From the NCBI GenBank assembly GCA_021815785.1, contig JAKAZS010000001.1:5599-69598 (forward strand): 64,000 nt of DNA, written 5' to 3'. The position numbers and the translations under genes are program-made. This stretch comes from a bacterium. Lineage in GTDB: Bacteria > Cyanobacteriota > Vampirovibrionia > Obscuribacterales > JAKAZS01. Shown in pieces: positions 1 to 9,734 of this stretch (its first letter is position 1; every line of letters begins with the position of its first letter). Below the pieces are notes generated by a model. The model was not told the DNA's origin. It was given only the letters and a program-made list of their open reading frames with translations, and searched no databases.

Positions 1-2210
1 TTAGACAATCTAGCTAAATCAATTACTTTAGGATGAACTTGACCTTCATTATCTGTCCAAGTGATCATTTTGCCTTGACGATCAAAAACATAAGCAGATC
101 CTGAATTGGCAACATTTCCATTTTCAACACCATTAACTAAATCAAGCATACTGGGATTTTTCAAGATATCAGTATTTAATGTTTTATCCATAGCTTTAAT
201 CATAAAATTAAGTTTTACTTCATTTGAATCAAAGCTATTAAGCTTGCTTATATCTAACGATTTAGCACTAACTTTAACAATCATTTTTTGGAGATTGGCA
301 ATGCTTTCATCATTAATTTTATGACTATCATTACTTAAAATTTTAGCATAATCAACTAAACTATTTAAAGCATCTAAATATTTAGGCTTACCTGACTTTG
401 CAATCATTTCGCTGGCATTAGCTAGTTTAGTTTCGGCCTGAGCAATAGCTTTATTTTTACTGACTTCATCAACAAAATTAGCACTTTTAATTTCAGCTAA
501 TCTTTCTTTAGCAGTATGTTCAACATATTTTAATGTGCGTTGATCACTTAAAGCCTTCACCTGAGATTGAGCTTTAATTAAAGCCTTACTTACTGGATCT
601 AATACGGGTTTTTCATTTAATTGAACTTCAACTTTATCGCTAATTACCGGTTTAATATTATCATTAACAATTACTGTTTTAGCCAAATCACTAACAGCGG
701 GTATCGATACTTCATTTAAAACGGGTTTAACATTATTACTAGTTACCGGATGGATATTATCATTAGCCGCTACTGGTACCGTAACTTTTTCCTTAACAGC
801 AACAGGCTTTTCACTAGCTTTAACTTGCTTGTCAACTGGTTTCAACGCTCTTTCCAATTGAGCCTTCGTATCAGCTTCTAATAATTGTTGATAACGGGAA
901 TGTATATCAGTAACTAAATTATTGATATTTTCAACTAATACTGGTCGCTCTGTTTGCTGAAGATTTAAAGTTGATTGTTTTTCAGTCAGTTTAACATTTA
1001 AATCAGCTATTTTTTGCGGAGCTTCACTTTGGGCTTTGGCCAATTGAGCCTCATTATGAGCTACATCTTTTTGAATGGCTTGGTTAACGACATTACTAGT
1101 ATCACTTCTTAATTGTCTAATTTCATCATTAAGTTCAGTTCTGCGTAATTTCATTTTATCAATTTCTTCAATACTTAATGGCTTAATATCAACATTATTG
1201 CCTAATTTGCCATCTTTAATTGCACGATCCGTCTCTAAAGACTTATCAATTTGCAAATGTTCGTTTTCTAAACTAACTAATTTAACCTTATCTAACTCAT
1301 ACATAGCCATTCTAGCCTGTGAAGCTTTGACCGCATCATGTTCGTGCTGTAATTTTTCGGTTTTGCCTAAATTGGTTTTTAAATCTTTAATTTCAGCAGA
1401 TAATTTAGCCGTTGACTTATCATTTTCTTTTAAACTAATAAGAGCATTGTTGAGTTTTCCTTTTAATTCAGTAGCAATAACATCACTGCTTAATAAGCGA
1501 TCGCGTTGCAATTTGGTTAAGCCTTCAAGACCTTCGTAAGCCTTAGGTGGATTGGCAATTTCTTTAGCGGTCTTAAGCAAACCAGCTTCGTTAGCATTAG
1601 CATTTAAAGAAGTGTCAGCAATATTTTTAAACCCTAAACTATCACCAAGGTTTAAATCCAAGGTAGCCAAATCGGCCTTACTCGAAGCTTTAATTCCAGA
1701 GAATACATCTTTAATCCCTAAATTATCCCCAATACTTGCCAGTTGAGGAGCCGCAAAATCAGTACCAAATTTAAAACCACTACCACCGGCTACCCCATAA
1801 AGGATGCCTTGGCCTAAAAATGTGCCTAATGTATCTTGAATTGCTTGTTTATTTTGGGTATGATTTTTATCTGAAACCCAAGTACTGGATATAGCATTAG
1901 ATAATTTACCAAAATCATTTTTATATGAAGAATAGAGCCAAGATCCTAGCATAGCAGTACCGGCAACTGCCACCCCAACTTCGCCCAAAGTCCCAGCTTT
2001 AGAAATGACCCCCATAGCGGTACCAATGCCAAAACCGGTAGCAATTTGAGGGATATCTTTAGGTAAATTTTCCAGACCTTTAACACTGCCATCAACCAAT
2101 GCCCCACCAATAGTAGTAGATTCCCGCAATAACTTAGCCGTTACATTGTTAACTTTAGCATTTACATTGGCTTTTTCAGAACTTAATGTTGAATTTTCTA
2201 AATTTACCAT
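1..2210 (-). CDS. Large Gly-zipper / coiled-coil protein (at least 736 aa). The C-terminal end lies beyond the window. Absent from the supplied ORF track because no stop codon is in-window.
   Basis: ATG at 2210, 8 nt after AGGAG (rc of 2219-2223). I translated the minus frame by hand and found no stops in spot checks of 1-60, 300-420, 1081-1200, 1500-1560, 1740-1800 and 2101-2210. N-terminus is MVNLENSTLSSEKANVNAKV. It has Gly-rich hydrophobic stretches (GFGIGTAMGVISKAGTLGEVGVAVAGTAMLG), then a long K/E/Q/L-rich heptad-like sequence. The plus-strand L/S-rich ORFs here look like its antisense shadow. Confidence 0.75.
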   Translation of the reverse strand, partial: MVNLENSTLSSEKANVNAKVNNVTAKLLRESTTIGGALVDGSVKGLENLPKDIPQIATGFGIGTAMGVISKAGTLGEVGVAVAGTAMLGSWLYSSYKNDFGKLSNAISSTWVSDKNHTQNKQAIQDTLGTFLGQGILYGVAGGSGFKFGTDFAAPQLASIGDNLGIKDVFSGIKASSKADLATLDLNLGDSLGFKNIADTSLNANANEAGLLKTAKEIANPPKAYEGLEGLTKLQRDRLLSSDVIATELKGKLNNALISLKENDKSTAKLSAEIKDLKTNLGKTEKLQHEHDAVKASQARMAMYELDKVKLVSLENEHLQIDKSLETDRAIKDGKLGNNVDIKPLSIEEIDKMKLRRTELNDEIRQLRSDTSNVVNQAIQKDVAHNEAQLAKAQSEAPQKIADLNVKLTEKQSTLNLQQTERPVLVENINNLVTDIHSRYQQLLEADTKAQLERALKPVDKQVKASEKPVAVKEKVTVPVAANDNIHPVTSNNVKPVLNEVSIPAVSDLAKTVIVNDNIKPVISDKVEVQLNEKPVLDPVSKALIKAQSQVKALSDQRTLKYVEHTAKERLAEIKSANFVDEVSKNKAIAQAETKLANASEMIAKSGKPKYLDALNSLVDYAKILSNDSHKINDESIANLQKMIVKVSAKSLDISKLNSFDSNEVKLNFMIKAMDKTLNTDILKNPSMLDLVNGVENGNVANSGSAYVFDRQGKMITWTDNEGQVHPKVIDLARLS

Positions 2211-2407
2211 TATTATTTCTCCTAAAATCTAATAAAAATTTTTAAAATCTAATTACTGAATACTAAATTAAAAAATCGCCCAAGTCGATTGGGGAAATTA
2301 CGCATTTGATTGTAAAAAAACGAATATATTTAAATTAATTATCAGACGATTAATTTAAGCTATTATTAATGAGTAATAGCTGGTTTTTGATTTAAAATAT
2401 TGTCCAA

Positions 2408-3658
2408 ATGTTATCTAATAACCTCAAAACAATCAATTTAATTTTCATAGTTTTAATTTATTCAATATATAATCAAACTATCAGTTTAAGCCAAGAATTA
2501 TCTACTAATGATTTATTTAAACAAGCAAGTCAAAACCTTGAACAAAATAACCTATCCCAGGCAAAAAAACAATTTAAAGAATTACTTAAAACTACTAATA
2601 TAGATGATAATAGAACTATTGCATCAATATATTATAATTTGGCCATCATTAGCACCAAAGAAAACAACCTAAAAGAAGCCTTAGAATTTTATGCTTTAGT
2701 TTACAATTTACGGCCAAATTCCAAAATTGGAAAATACAGCATTAACCAAATTCAGGCCATAAATAAATTAAATTCATCAACCTACTCTAATAAAAACAAC
2801 AACAATCTCGATAATCCCCTAGAATTAACAGTTCCAATTATACTTAGTAAAGATGGTCTGCCTTTATTGAATATAATGATTAATCAAATACCTACAATGG
2901 CTGTATTTGATTCAGGGGCCAGCGATTTTATTATTAATCGTAAACTAGCTAATCAAATTGGCCTCAATCTTCAGCATTTAAGTCCAAATGCCCAAGTAAC
3001 TGGAAGTGGCTCTAAAAATAACAACAAAGCCTGGAGTAATTTCATTGATTTTCAATGTAATTTGATTCATTACCAAAATTTTCCCGTATTAATTACCAAT
3101 GAAAATTTTCCCTTAATACCAGTTCTAGGCAGTAATTGTATGGGTAATTACGATTATTTTCTGGATAAAGATAATTTAAAATTACATTTAACCTTAAAAA
3201 ACAGTTCTAAGACTAGTACGGTTAAAAATATTAATTCAATGCCATTTAATATTTTTACTCTCGATAATAATTGTAAGTATCAGTTTAAAATCCCTTTTTT
3301 CTTTGATCAAAATAATTTAATTGTGATTAATGTCAAAATCAATAATGTTAATTGCCCAATGACATTAGATACTGGCGCTAGTACCAGTATGTTTACGTAT
3401 GACTTAATTAAAAAATACAATTTAAAACTAACCTTATTAAATGATCATGATACCCATTGGGGGGTAAGTGGGAGTTGTAAATCACAGACCTGTAATATAA
3501 ACACCTTAAGTATTGGTCCACTCATTTTAAATAACTTAAAGGCTAGTGTAACCAGTCAGTCGAATGCTAAACGCCCATTGTTAGGGTCCGACGCCTTACG
3601 TAATTGGCTTATAAATGTAGATAAGGTAAATATGGTGATTACCTTTAAACAGGACTAA
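2408..3658 (+). CDS. Secreted TPR-containing protein with two tandem retropepsin-like (clan AA) aspartic protease domains
   Basis: 416 aa with a hydrophobic N-terminal signal-like segment. TPR-like helices (IASIYYNLAIISTKENNLKEALEFY). Two D-[ST]-G-A signatures in the typical hydrophobic context (MAVFDSGASDFII and PMTLDTGASTSMF). Each is followed about 90-100 aa later by a [VL]LG[SN] motif. Confidence 0.7.
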   Translation: MLSNNLKTINLIFIVLIYSIYNQTISLSQELSTNDLFKQASQNLEQNNLSQAKKQFKELLKTTNIDDNRTIASIYYNLAIISTKENNLKEALEFYALVYNLRPNSKIGKYSINQIQAINKLNSSTYSNKNNNNLDNPLELTVPIILSKDGLPLLNIMINQIPTMAVFDSGASDFIINRKLANQIGLNLQHLSPNAQVTGSGSKNNNKAWSNFIDFQCNLIHYQNFPVLITNENFPLIPVLGSNCMGNYDYFLDKDNLKLHLTLKNSSKTSTVKNINSMPFNIFTLDNNCKYQFKIPFFFDQNNLIVINVKINNVNCPMTLDTGASTSMFTYDLIKKYNLKLTLLNDHDTHWGVSGSCKSQTCNINTLSIGPLILNNLKASVTSQSNAKRPLLGSDALRNWLINVDKVNMVITFKQD

Positions 3659-3665
3659 CTAAATT

Positions 3666-4952
3666 TTAATCGCCACCAGCACTTTTATGATGTATAGCTT
3701 TTTGAATTTCATCATTTGAGGCCAATTTAGTTATTACGCTAGCGCCGGTATGCATTTCCTCCGAAGCAGTTACAGCTACAAGATCACCATCTTGTAAATT
3801 CCCGCCTAAAACTTCAATCATATCACCCATTGGCTGTCCTCGCGTAACTTCAACCACATCTAGCTTATCGTTTCTAATTCTAACTACAAATGTTTTTTCT
3901 AGTGAAGTTGTTACCGCTGACGCTGGCACAAAGGCTGTTGGATAATCACGCGTTGCCCGCCAGTGAATCGTAGCAAACATACCTGGCTCCAATCGGTGGC
4001 TTTCATCCCAAATATCTAATTCCACGGGCTCGGTTCTAAATTTATGGAGTAGTGAATAAGCTGGCCTGGCTAAAGTGCCAATAAAATTAACACCAGGATA
4101 AGCCGGGACACTAAAACTTACTTTTTGGCCAATTTTCATACCACCAACTACTGTTTCAGGAACAGCCACAACAACCCTTAAATGAACACGTTGCTGAACT
4201 CGAACTAAAGCCTGGGAGTTATCTGGCGTATTTACGAAACTGCCTTCGTGAACATTACGTTCAGTAACTACACCGTCAAATGGTGCCGTAATCGTTAAAT
4301 ACTGACGCATATCTTCAACCGATTTAAGTTGGTGTTCGCTAGCTTTTACGCGATCGCGCTGAGCTAATAAATAACTTTGAGCCGCCAATACAAGTTTATG
4401 GAGAGAGTTTACACATTCCTTATCACCTTCAACTTCTTTTTGGGCAATATCCACTTCATTTAAGGCAACGGTTCCAGGAACTTTAGCAGCTTGGGTCAAG
4501 CGCTGAGCGGTTAAGGTATCAGCAGCCAGTTTTGCTTCGGCCTGCAATTGATCAGCTTTAGAACTTTCCAGTTTGGACTGAGCTTCTAACAACCCACCTT
4601 TGGCTGCACTGACTTTCGATTCAGCTTCGCTACATTCAGCTTCAAGTTCTGGGGCAAATACCTTAATCATTAATTCACCCTGTTTAACCATTGAGCCACG
4701 ATCTACGCGAATCAACTTAATGAAACCCGGTACTTTAGCATAAATAGGCACGTCTTGAAAAGCCAATAACTCAGCGGTAAGGTCCATATTGCGGTCCAAT
4801 TTTTGTCTAACGACTTTTGAAGCTAAAACAGTTGGAACCTGTGGACCATTAGCTTTTTCTTCTTCTTTTTTCTGGCCACATGAAGAAATTAATAAAACAC
4901 TAATTAGTGGTATTATTTTAAAAAAATTTTGTTTATTTATTATTGCTTTCAT
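3666..4952 (-). CDS. RND efflux periplasmic adaptor (membrane fusion protein, HlyD family), lipoprotein
   Basis: 428 aa. Lipobox LISSC after the signal peptide. Long alpha-hairpin segment (EAECSEAESKVSAAKGGLLEAQSKLESSKADQLQAEAKL) flanked by lipoyl-like and beta-barrel-like sequence. Last gene of the efflux operon. Confidence 0.85.
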   Translation of the reverse strand: MKAIINKQNFFKIIPLISVLLISSCGQKKEEEKANGPQVPTVLASKVVRQKLDRNMDLTAELLAFQDVPIYAKVPGFIKLIRVDRGSMVKQGELMIKVFAPELEAECSEAESKVSAAKGGLLEAQSKLESSKADQLQAEAKLAADTLTAQRLTQAAKVPGTVALNEVDIAQKEVEGDKECVNSLHKLVLAAQSYLLAQRDRVKASEHQLKSVEDMRQYLTITAPFDGVVTERNVHEGSFVNTPDNSQALVRVQQRVHLRVVVAVPETVVGGMKIGQKVSFSVPAYPGVNFIGTLARPAYSLLHKFRTEPVELDIWDESHRLEPGMFATIHWRATRDYPTAFVPASAVTTSLEKTFVVRIRNDKLDVVEVTRGQPMGDMIEVLGGNLQDGDLVAVTASEEMHTGASVITKLASNDEIQKAIHHKSAGGD

Positions 4953-5032
4953 TTTAAATTTACCTTTTCTTCATTTACTGTATAAATTAACTTCGCTTAA
5001 TTTCGTTATTCAAAACCAATCTTATCATCTTT

Positions 5033-8000
5033 TCAAGAGTAAACATCGTCTGGATGCATAGTTGGTTTGTTACGACTAGTTTTGCGTTGGACAATACCAA
5101 AAATTAAAGGTACTACCATAAATACGGTTGAAGTAGAAAAAACCAAACCACCAATAACCGCTCGACCCAGTGGCGCATTTCGATCGCCACCTTCACCCAG
5201 GCCCAAAGCCATCGGAACCATACCAGCTATCATAGCGATAGAAGTCATCATAACTGGTCGCAACCGTGATACCGCTCCGCCTAAGGCTGCATCTTGGGCA
5301 CTCATGCCATCAAGACGTCTAACTTCGGAAAAGTCAACGACAAGAATAGAATTAGCCACACCAATACCTATTGACATAATTGTGCCCATAAATGACTGAA
5401 TATTTATCGAAGAACCCGTTAATTTAAGTGCTATAAGAGCTCCGCATAAAATAGCCGGTGTTACCGACAAGACTATTATAGCTAGCCTTACCGATTGGAA
5501 ATAACCAACCAACAGTAAAAATATTGATACAACGGCAAATAGTACCCCAAAACCAAGACTTATAAAGGTATTATTCATAATTGGCACCTGACCTCGAACA
5601 TTAACTTTAACACCACGCGGTGGTGTGCCTAAAGTTTTAATAGCCTTATCAACTTCTCTAGAGGCAAAACCCAAATCATTGCCAGCAATATTTGCCGTAA
5701 TACTAACCATACGTGCCATATTATAACGATCGTATTCACCCACCATAGTTCCATAATGCGTATTAGCGACATCACGAATAAACGGACCTTCATAATGCCC
5801 TGTTTTAGCTGGTGTAGATTCAACATCGTTAATTGAAGTTATTTCATTCTGAGGAATTTGAACCTGAACTTGATAAGACATACCACTATTAGCGTCCCGC
5901 CAATAGACTGGAGTGACAAACCGACTTGAATAAGTTGATGATACAAAAGCGTGGCCTAATGCGGTCAAATCAACACCTAACTGACCAGCTCGGATTCTAT
6001 CCACATCAACAACTAATGTTGGATAATCTAAAGGCTGAACAATAGTAACATCTTTTAAATAACTTATTGCCTTCATTTTTTCTAATAAGGCTCTGGCATA
6101 TTGCGTATCACGAGGGAAACTAGGTCCATTCACATCAACCTGGATTGGGGTTGGTGCTCCAAAATTCATGATTTTATTAATAATATCTCCAGCTTCAAAA
6201 GTAAAGGAACATTTAGGAAATTCATTAGCTAATCTAGCTCTTAATTTGTTTTGGAGATCGTGCATGATAATATTAGCTTTTTCTTTTAGGCCAACAATAA
6301 TAACCGACTCTTGTGGACCGCTAGTCCACATGTAAGCATTACTAATAGCGTAACTTGGAGGCTGGGTACCAACGTAAGACACCGATACCTCGACATTGTT
6401 CTTACCACCAGCTTCTTCATTAATTATATCTAGTACTTTTTCGGTAATATCAAGCGTCCGCTCAATTCGTAAACCAGTTGGTGCCCGTAATCTAAGCTGA
6501 AACGCTGATGGATTACCTGATGGAAAAATTTCAGTCGGTAAACTAGGGAAAAGAATGAAGATTAAAGCTGGAACACAGGTCAAATAAACCAATAAAATTG
6601 GCCAGCGAATTTTATAGTTAAAATGCACGACGTTTTTATATAGACTTTGGATTTTACCCATAAAGCCACCATGCTCTTCACCTTCATGTAAACCCTGATG
6701 ACTTACATTCTCACCATCATCTTCTTTATGTTCAGCATGTTTTAATAACCAACAGGATAGAACTGGTACAAAAGTATTAGATAGTATATATGAAGAAATC
6801 ATGGCAAAGCCAACCGCTAACGATAATGGAACAAATAAAGCCTGGGTTGATCCGCTCATAAAAAATGATGGCGCAAATACTGAAATAACCGATAACATAG
6901 CCAGTAATCTTGGCGTTACAACTTCTAATAAAGCTTCCCAAACTGCTAGATATAAGCGTTCTCCCTTACCTAAATGCGTATGAATATTTTCAATGGCTAC
7001 AGTTGCTTCATCAACTAAAATACCAACAGCTAGCGATAATCCACCTAAAGTCATAATATTAACCGTCTGGCCACTTATCCATAAACACACAACTGCTGAT
7101 AATATGGCAACCGGAATATTGAGAATAACCACTAATGCACTAGGAATATCTTGTAAAAAAATTAATACCATTAGACCCGTTAGGCCAGCACCGGTTAATC
7201 CTTCAAATAAAACCCCACTAATTGCTTCAGATACATAAACCGATTGATCTAATACATATTTTACACTTATATCTTTGGGTAAGACATTTTTAATTTCAGG
7301 TATGGCCGCTTTAACTTCATCAACCACTGAAAGCGTAGAAGCATCGGCAGTCTTAGAAATCGCCAGATAAACAGTTTGCCGACCATTGACCAAAGCATAA
7401 CCAGTGGGGATATCGATAGTATCCTGGATGCGGCCAATATCTTTTAAGTAAACGGCTGGACCAGACCCCATCGTAAGCGGTAAATTGCCTAATTCCTGGA
7501 TATCCGATACAACTGAATTAATGGTTGACATACGCTGAAGGTCACCAGTTCTTACAATACCTGATGGCATAATCGGATTACCTTTAGCCAAGGTACTGAC
7601 AATATCTTCTGGTCCTAAGTGATACTCTTTTAATTTTTCGGCATTCACACTAATAACAATTGAACGCTGGTTACCACCAAATGGTGGTGGCATAGATACC
7701 CCTGGTAAAGTCGAAACTTTTGGGCGTACTCTTACGTATGCTAAATCTTGAATTTCTCCAACCGATCGTGTGGGACTATCCATAACTAAATAACCTACAG
7801 GAACAGACCCAACATCAAAACGGATAACAAATGGGGTAACGGTTCCTGGTGGCATATAAGCGCGTGAACGTTCGACCTGAGCCAAAACTTGCGACATGGC
7901 ATCAGCCATATTCATTGAAGGTTGGAAATATACATCTAATACAGCGGCACTTTGAATAGACTTAGATTCAATATGATCAATACCGCTAATATATAAAAAA

Positions 8001-8215
8001 TGCTGTTCATAAAATGAGACAATGAAACCTTCCATCTGAGCTGGATCCATACCACCATATGGCTGAATAACCGATACACGAGGTACTTTTAAATCAGGAA
8101 AAATATCGATTTTCATTTTAGTAATAGCAAATATAGCCACTAGGATAATGGCGCTGACCAATACCATGATGGTAATTGGTCGCTGCATTGCTAATCTGAC
8201 TTGGTCTTCACCCAC
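5033..8215 (-). CDS. RND family efflux permease (AcrB/CzcA superfamily)
   Basis: 1060 aa with the 12-TM, two-large-loop RND layout. TM4 motif GLSLAVGILVDEATVAIENI. GTG start lies 8 nt after AGGAG (rc 8224-8228), which overlaps the upstream TAA stop. Confidence 0.92.
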   Translation of the reverse strand: MGEDQVRLAMQRPITIMVLVSAIILVAIFAITKMKIDIFPDLKVPRVSVIQPYGGMDPAQMEGFIVSFYEQHFLYISGIDHIESKSIQSAAVLDVYFQPSMNMADAMSQVLAQVERSRAYMPPGTVTPFVIRFDVGSVPVGYLVMDSPTRSVGEIQDLAYVRVRPKVSTLPGVSMPPPFGGNQRSIVISVNAEKLKEYHLGPEDIVSTLAKGNPIMPSGIVRTGDLQRMSTINSVVSDIQELGNLPLTMGSGPAVYLKDIGRIQDTIDIPTGYALVNGRQTVYLAISKTADASTLSVVDEVKAAIPEIKNVLPKDISVKYVLDQSVYVSEAISGVLFEGLTGAGLTGLMVLIFLQDIPSALVVILNIPVAILSAVVCLWISGQTVNIMTLGGLSLAVGILVDEATVAIENIHTHLGKGERLYLAVWEALLEVVTPRLLAMLSVISVFAPSFFMSGSTQALFVPLSLAVGFAMISSYILSNTFVPVLSCWLLKHAEHKEDDGENVSHQGLHEGEEHGGFMGKIQSLYKNVVHFNYKIRWPILLVYLTCVPALIFILFPSLPTEIFPSGNPSAFQLRLRAPTGLRIERTLDITEKVLDIINEEAGGKNNVEVSVSYVGTQPPSYAISNAYMWTSGPQESVIIVGLKEKANIIMHDLQNKLRARLANEFPKCSFTFEAGDIINKIMNFGAPTPIQVDVNGPSFPRDTQYARALLEKMKAISYLKDVTIVQPLDYPTLVVDVDRIRAGQLGVDLTALGHAFVSSTYSSRFVTPVYWRDANSGMSYQVQVQIPQNEITSINDVESTPAKTGHYEGPFIRDVANTHYGTMVGEYDRYNMARMVSITANIAGNDLGFASREVDKAIKTLGTPPRGVKVNVRGQVPIMNNTFISLGFGVLFAVVSIFLLLVGYFQSVRLAIIVLSVTPAILCGALIALKLTGSSINIQSFMGTIMSIGIGVANSILVVDFSEVRRLDGMSAQDAALGGAVSRLRPVMMTSIAMIAGMVPMALGLGEGGDRNAPLGRAVIGGLVFSTSTVFMVVPLIFGIVQRKTSRNKPTMHPDDVYS

Positions 8216-8227
8216 GAATATTACTCC

Positions 8228-9709
8228 TTAATGCGTACTCATACTAGCTACTTGGCTTAAAAATGGTTTTAAATTACCATGGACATTAGCTGTAGCTAAC
8301 AAAGCTTTCCAGACCCCAATTCGCGCCGAGGCTTCTTGCATTACGGATTTAGCCAATAACTGCTCAGCTTCAGCTACCTGGGCAACAGTTCCTAAACCAA
8401 CTTCATAACGCGTTCGCGCCTTAACAGTAGCATCATTAGCTGCAGCAACCTGAATTGGCATGTTTGCCGCCAATTCAATAGCTGCTTTAACTTGCGCTTT
8501 AGCTCTAAAATCTTCAGTTTGCAAACTTTGCATAATTAAATTATAGCTTTGACGTTCAGCTTGAACTTTATACAATTCTACTTTACGAGCAGCACGTATC
8601 CGAAAAAAATCTAAAAAAGGAAAATCCATAATCATAGCAACATCATAGTTTGGCGCAGACGGCAAAACACCTCCACCATAGGCTGCAGTAGATCGCCCAG
8701 CGGTATTCAAGCCAGCGCCTCTAAAATTTAGCCCACCCAGAAAGTGAAAAGTAGGAACGTACATTTTATCAAAAACATGAACCCGCGCCATCGAGGTATT
8801 AATAATCGCATTGCCAGCTAAAGCTAACGGATGTTCTTTAAAAACCGGTGGATATTGTTGCGTTAGTGTAGGCTGGGATATTTGCGCAATCGATCCAGGA
8901 TCGATATCAATTTTTTTTCCACCTAAACCAATTGAATATGATAAATCAGCAATAGCAATTTCTAACTTATAACGTGATTCTATTAATTGATTACGCGCCT
9001 GAGCTAACTGGGCATCAGCTAAAGAAGCATCAGCTCCTGGTCTTAAATCAGAATCTACCAGGGTATGAACCATGCGGTCAAAAGTATCAAAACGCTCAAC
9101 ATTAGCTTGACTGGCTTTTAGTTGTTCTTGCGCCACCACAACATCTAGAAAACCAGCCGCAGCACGAGTGGCTACATCAAGTTTGGTCGAAGCATAACCT
9201 GCCTCTGTCTGACTTAACTCTGATTTGGCTACGTTGATTTTTGCTTTATGTAAACCAAAATCTAAAGGAGCCCAATCTACTACCGTACCAAAGCCACTGA
9301 AGAAATATCCTTTCATACTAACCGATGGATTACCCGGCCCCATATTAGCGGGAAACACATCAGAAGAAAACAGCAACTGGGTAGTTTTATTATGGGAAGC
9401 AAAGATACTTTGATATTGTAAATCAGCTTCGGGCATATATTCTTTAATGATTCTCAAACGTATATTAGCTTTTGCAGCTTGAATAAGAGCCTGTTGTTGA
9501 AGAATTCTTGGGTAATTAACTAATGACATCGTAACACACGCATTTAAAGTAAGTGGTTTAGAAATTTGCGTGCGTAACTGTAATGGTCGATTTAAATCAA
9601 TTATTGAATTTTCAGTGGCAATTACTGAATTTACCGTAAAGTTTAAACATGAAAATATTAAAATAACAGTTATAAAGAAGAGTTTTAACAAAAATATTGA
9701 TTTATACAT
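8228..9709 (-). CDS. Outer membrane efflux protein (TolC/OprM OEP family)
   Basis: 493 aa with an N-terminal signal-like segment. Two internally repeated alpha-helical/beta halves typical of OEP proteins. First gene of the operon, 12 nt upstream of the RND permease. Confidence 0.8.
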   Translation of the reverse strand: MYKSIFLLKLFFITVILIFSCLNFTVNSVIATENSIIDLNRPLQLRTQISKPLTLNACVTMSLVNYPRILQQQALIQAAKANIRLRIIKEYMPEADLQYQSIFASHNKTTQLLFSSDVFPANMGPGNPSVSMKGYFFSGFGTVVDWAPLDFGLHKAKINVAKSELSQTEAGYASTKLDVATRAAAGFLDVVVAQEQLKASQANVERFDTFDRMVHTLVDSDLRPGADASLADAQLAQARNQLIESRYKLEIAIADLSYSIGLGGKKIDIDPGSIAQISQPTLTQQYPPVFKEHPLALAGNAIINTSMARVHVFDKMYVPTFHFLGGLNFRGAGLNTAGRSTAAYGGGVLPSAPNYDVAMIMDFPFLDFFRIRAARKVELYKVQAERQSYNLIMQSLQTEDFRAKAQVKAAIELAANMPIQVAAANDATVKARTRYEVGLGTVAQVAEAEQLLAKSVMQEASARIGVWKALLATANVHGNLKPFLSQVASMSTH

Positions 9710-9734
9710 GGATTAGAAATTTTATTATAAAAGT

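Noticed and set aside
106-1746. Plus-strand ORFs 106-324, 1075-1539 and 1552-1746 from the track
   Set aside because: They have extreme L/S/I/F low-complexity composition and no SD. They lie exactly antisense to a long open minus-strand frame with a good SD and protein-like sequence. I take them to be shadow ORFs of the K/E/L-rich coiled-coil gene.
4789-9413. Short ORFs inside or antisense to the efflux operon (4789-5061, 5067-5399, 5629-5826, 6801-6983, 6993-7238, 9225-9413)
   Set aside because: All are nested within or opposite to strongly supported MFP/RND/OMF genes. They have no start-site support and implausible compositions.
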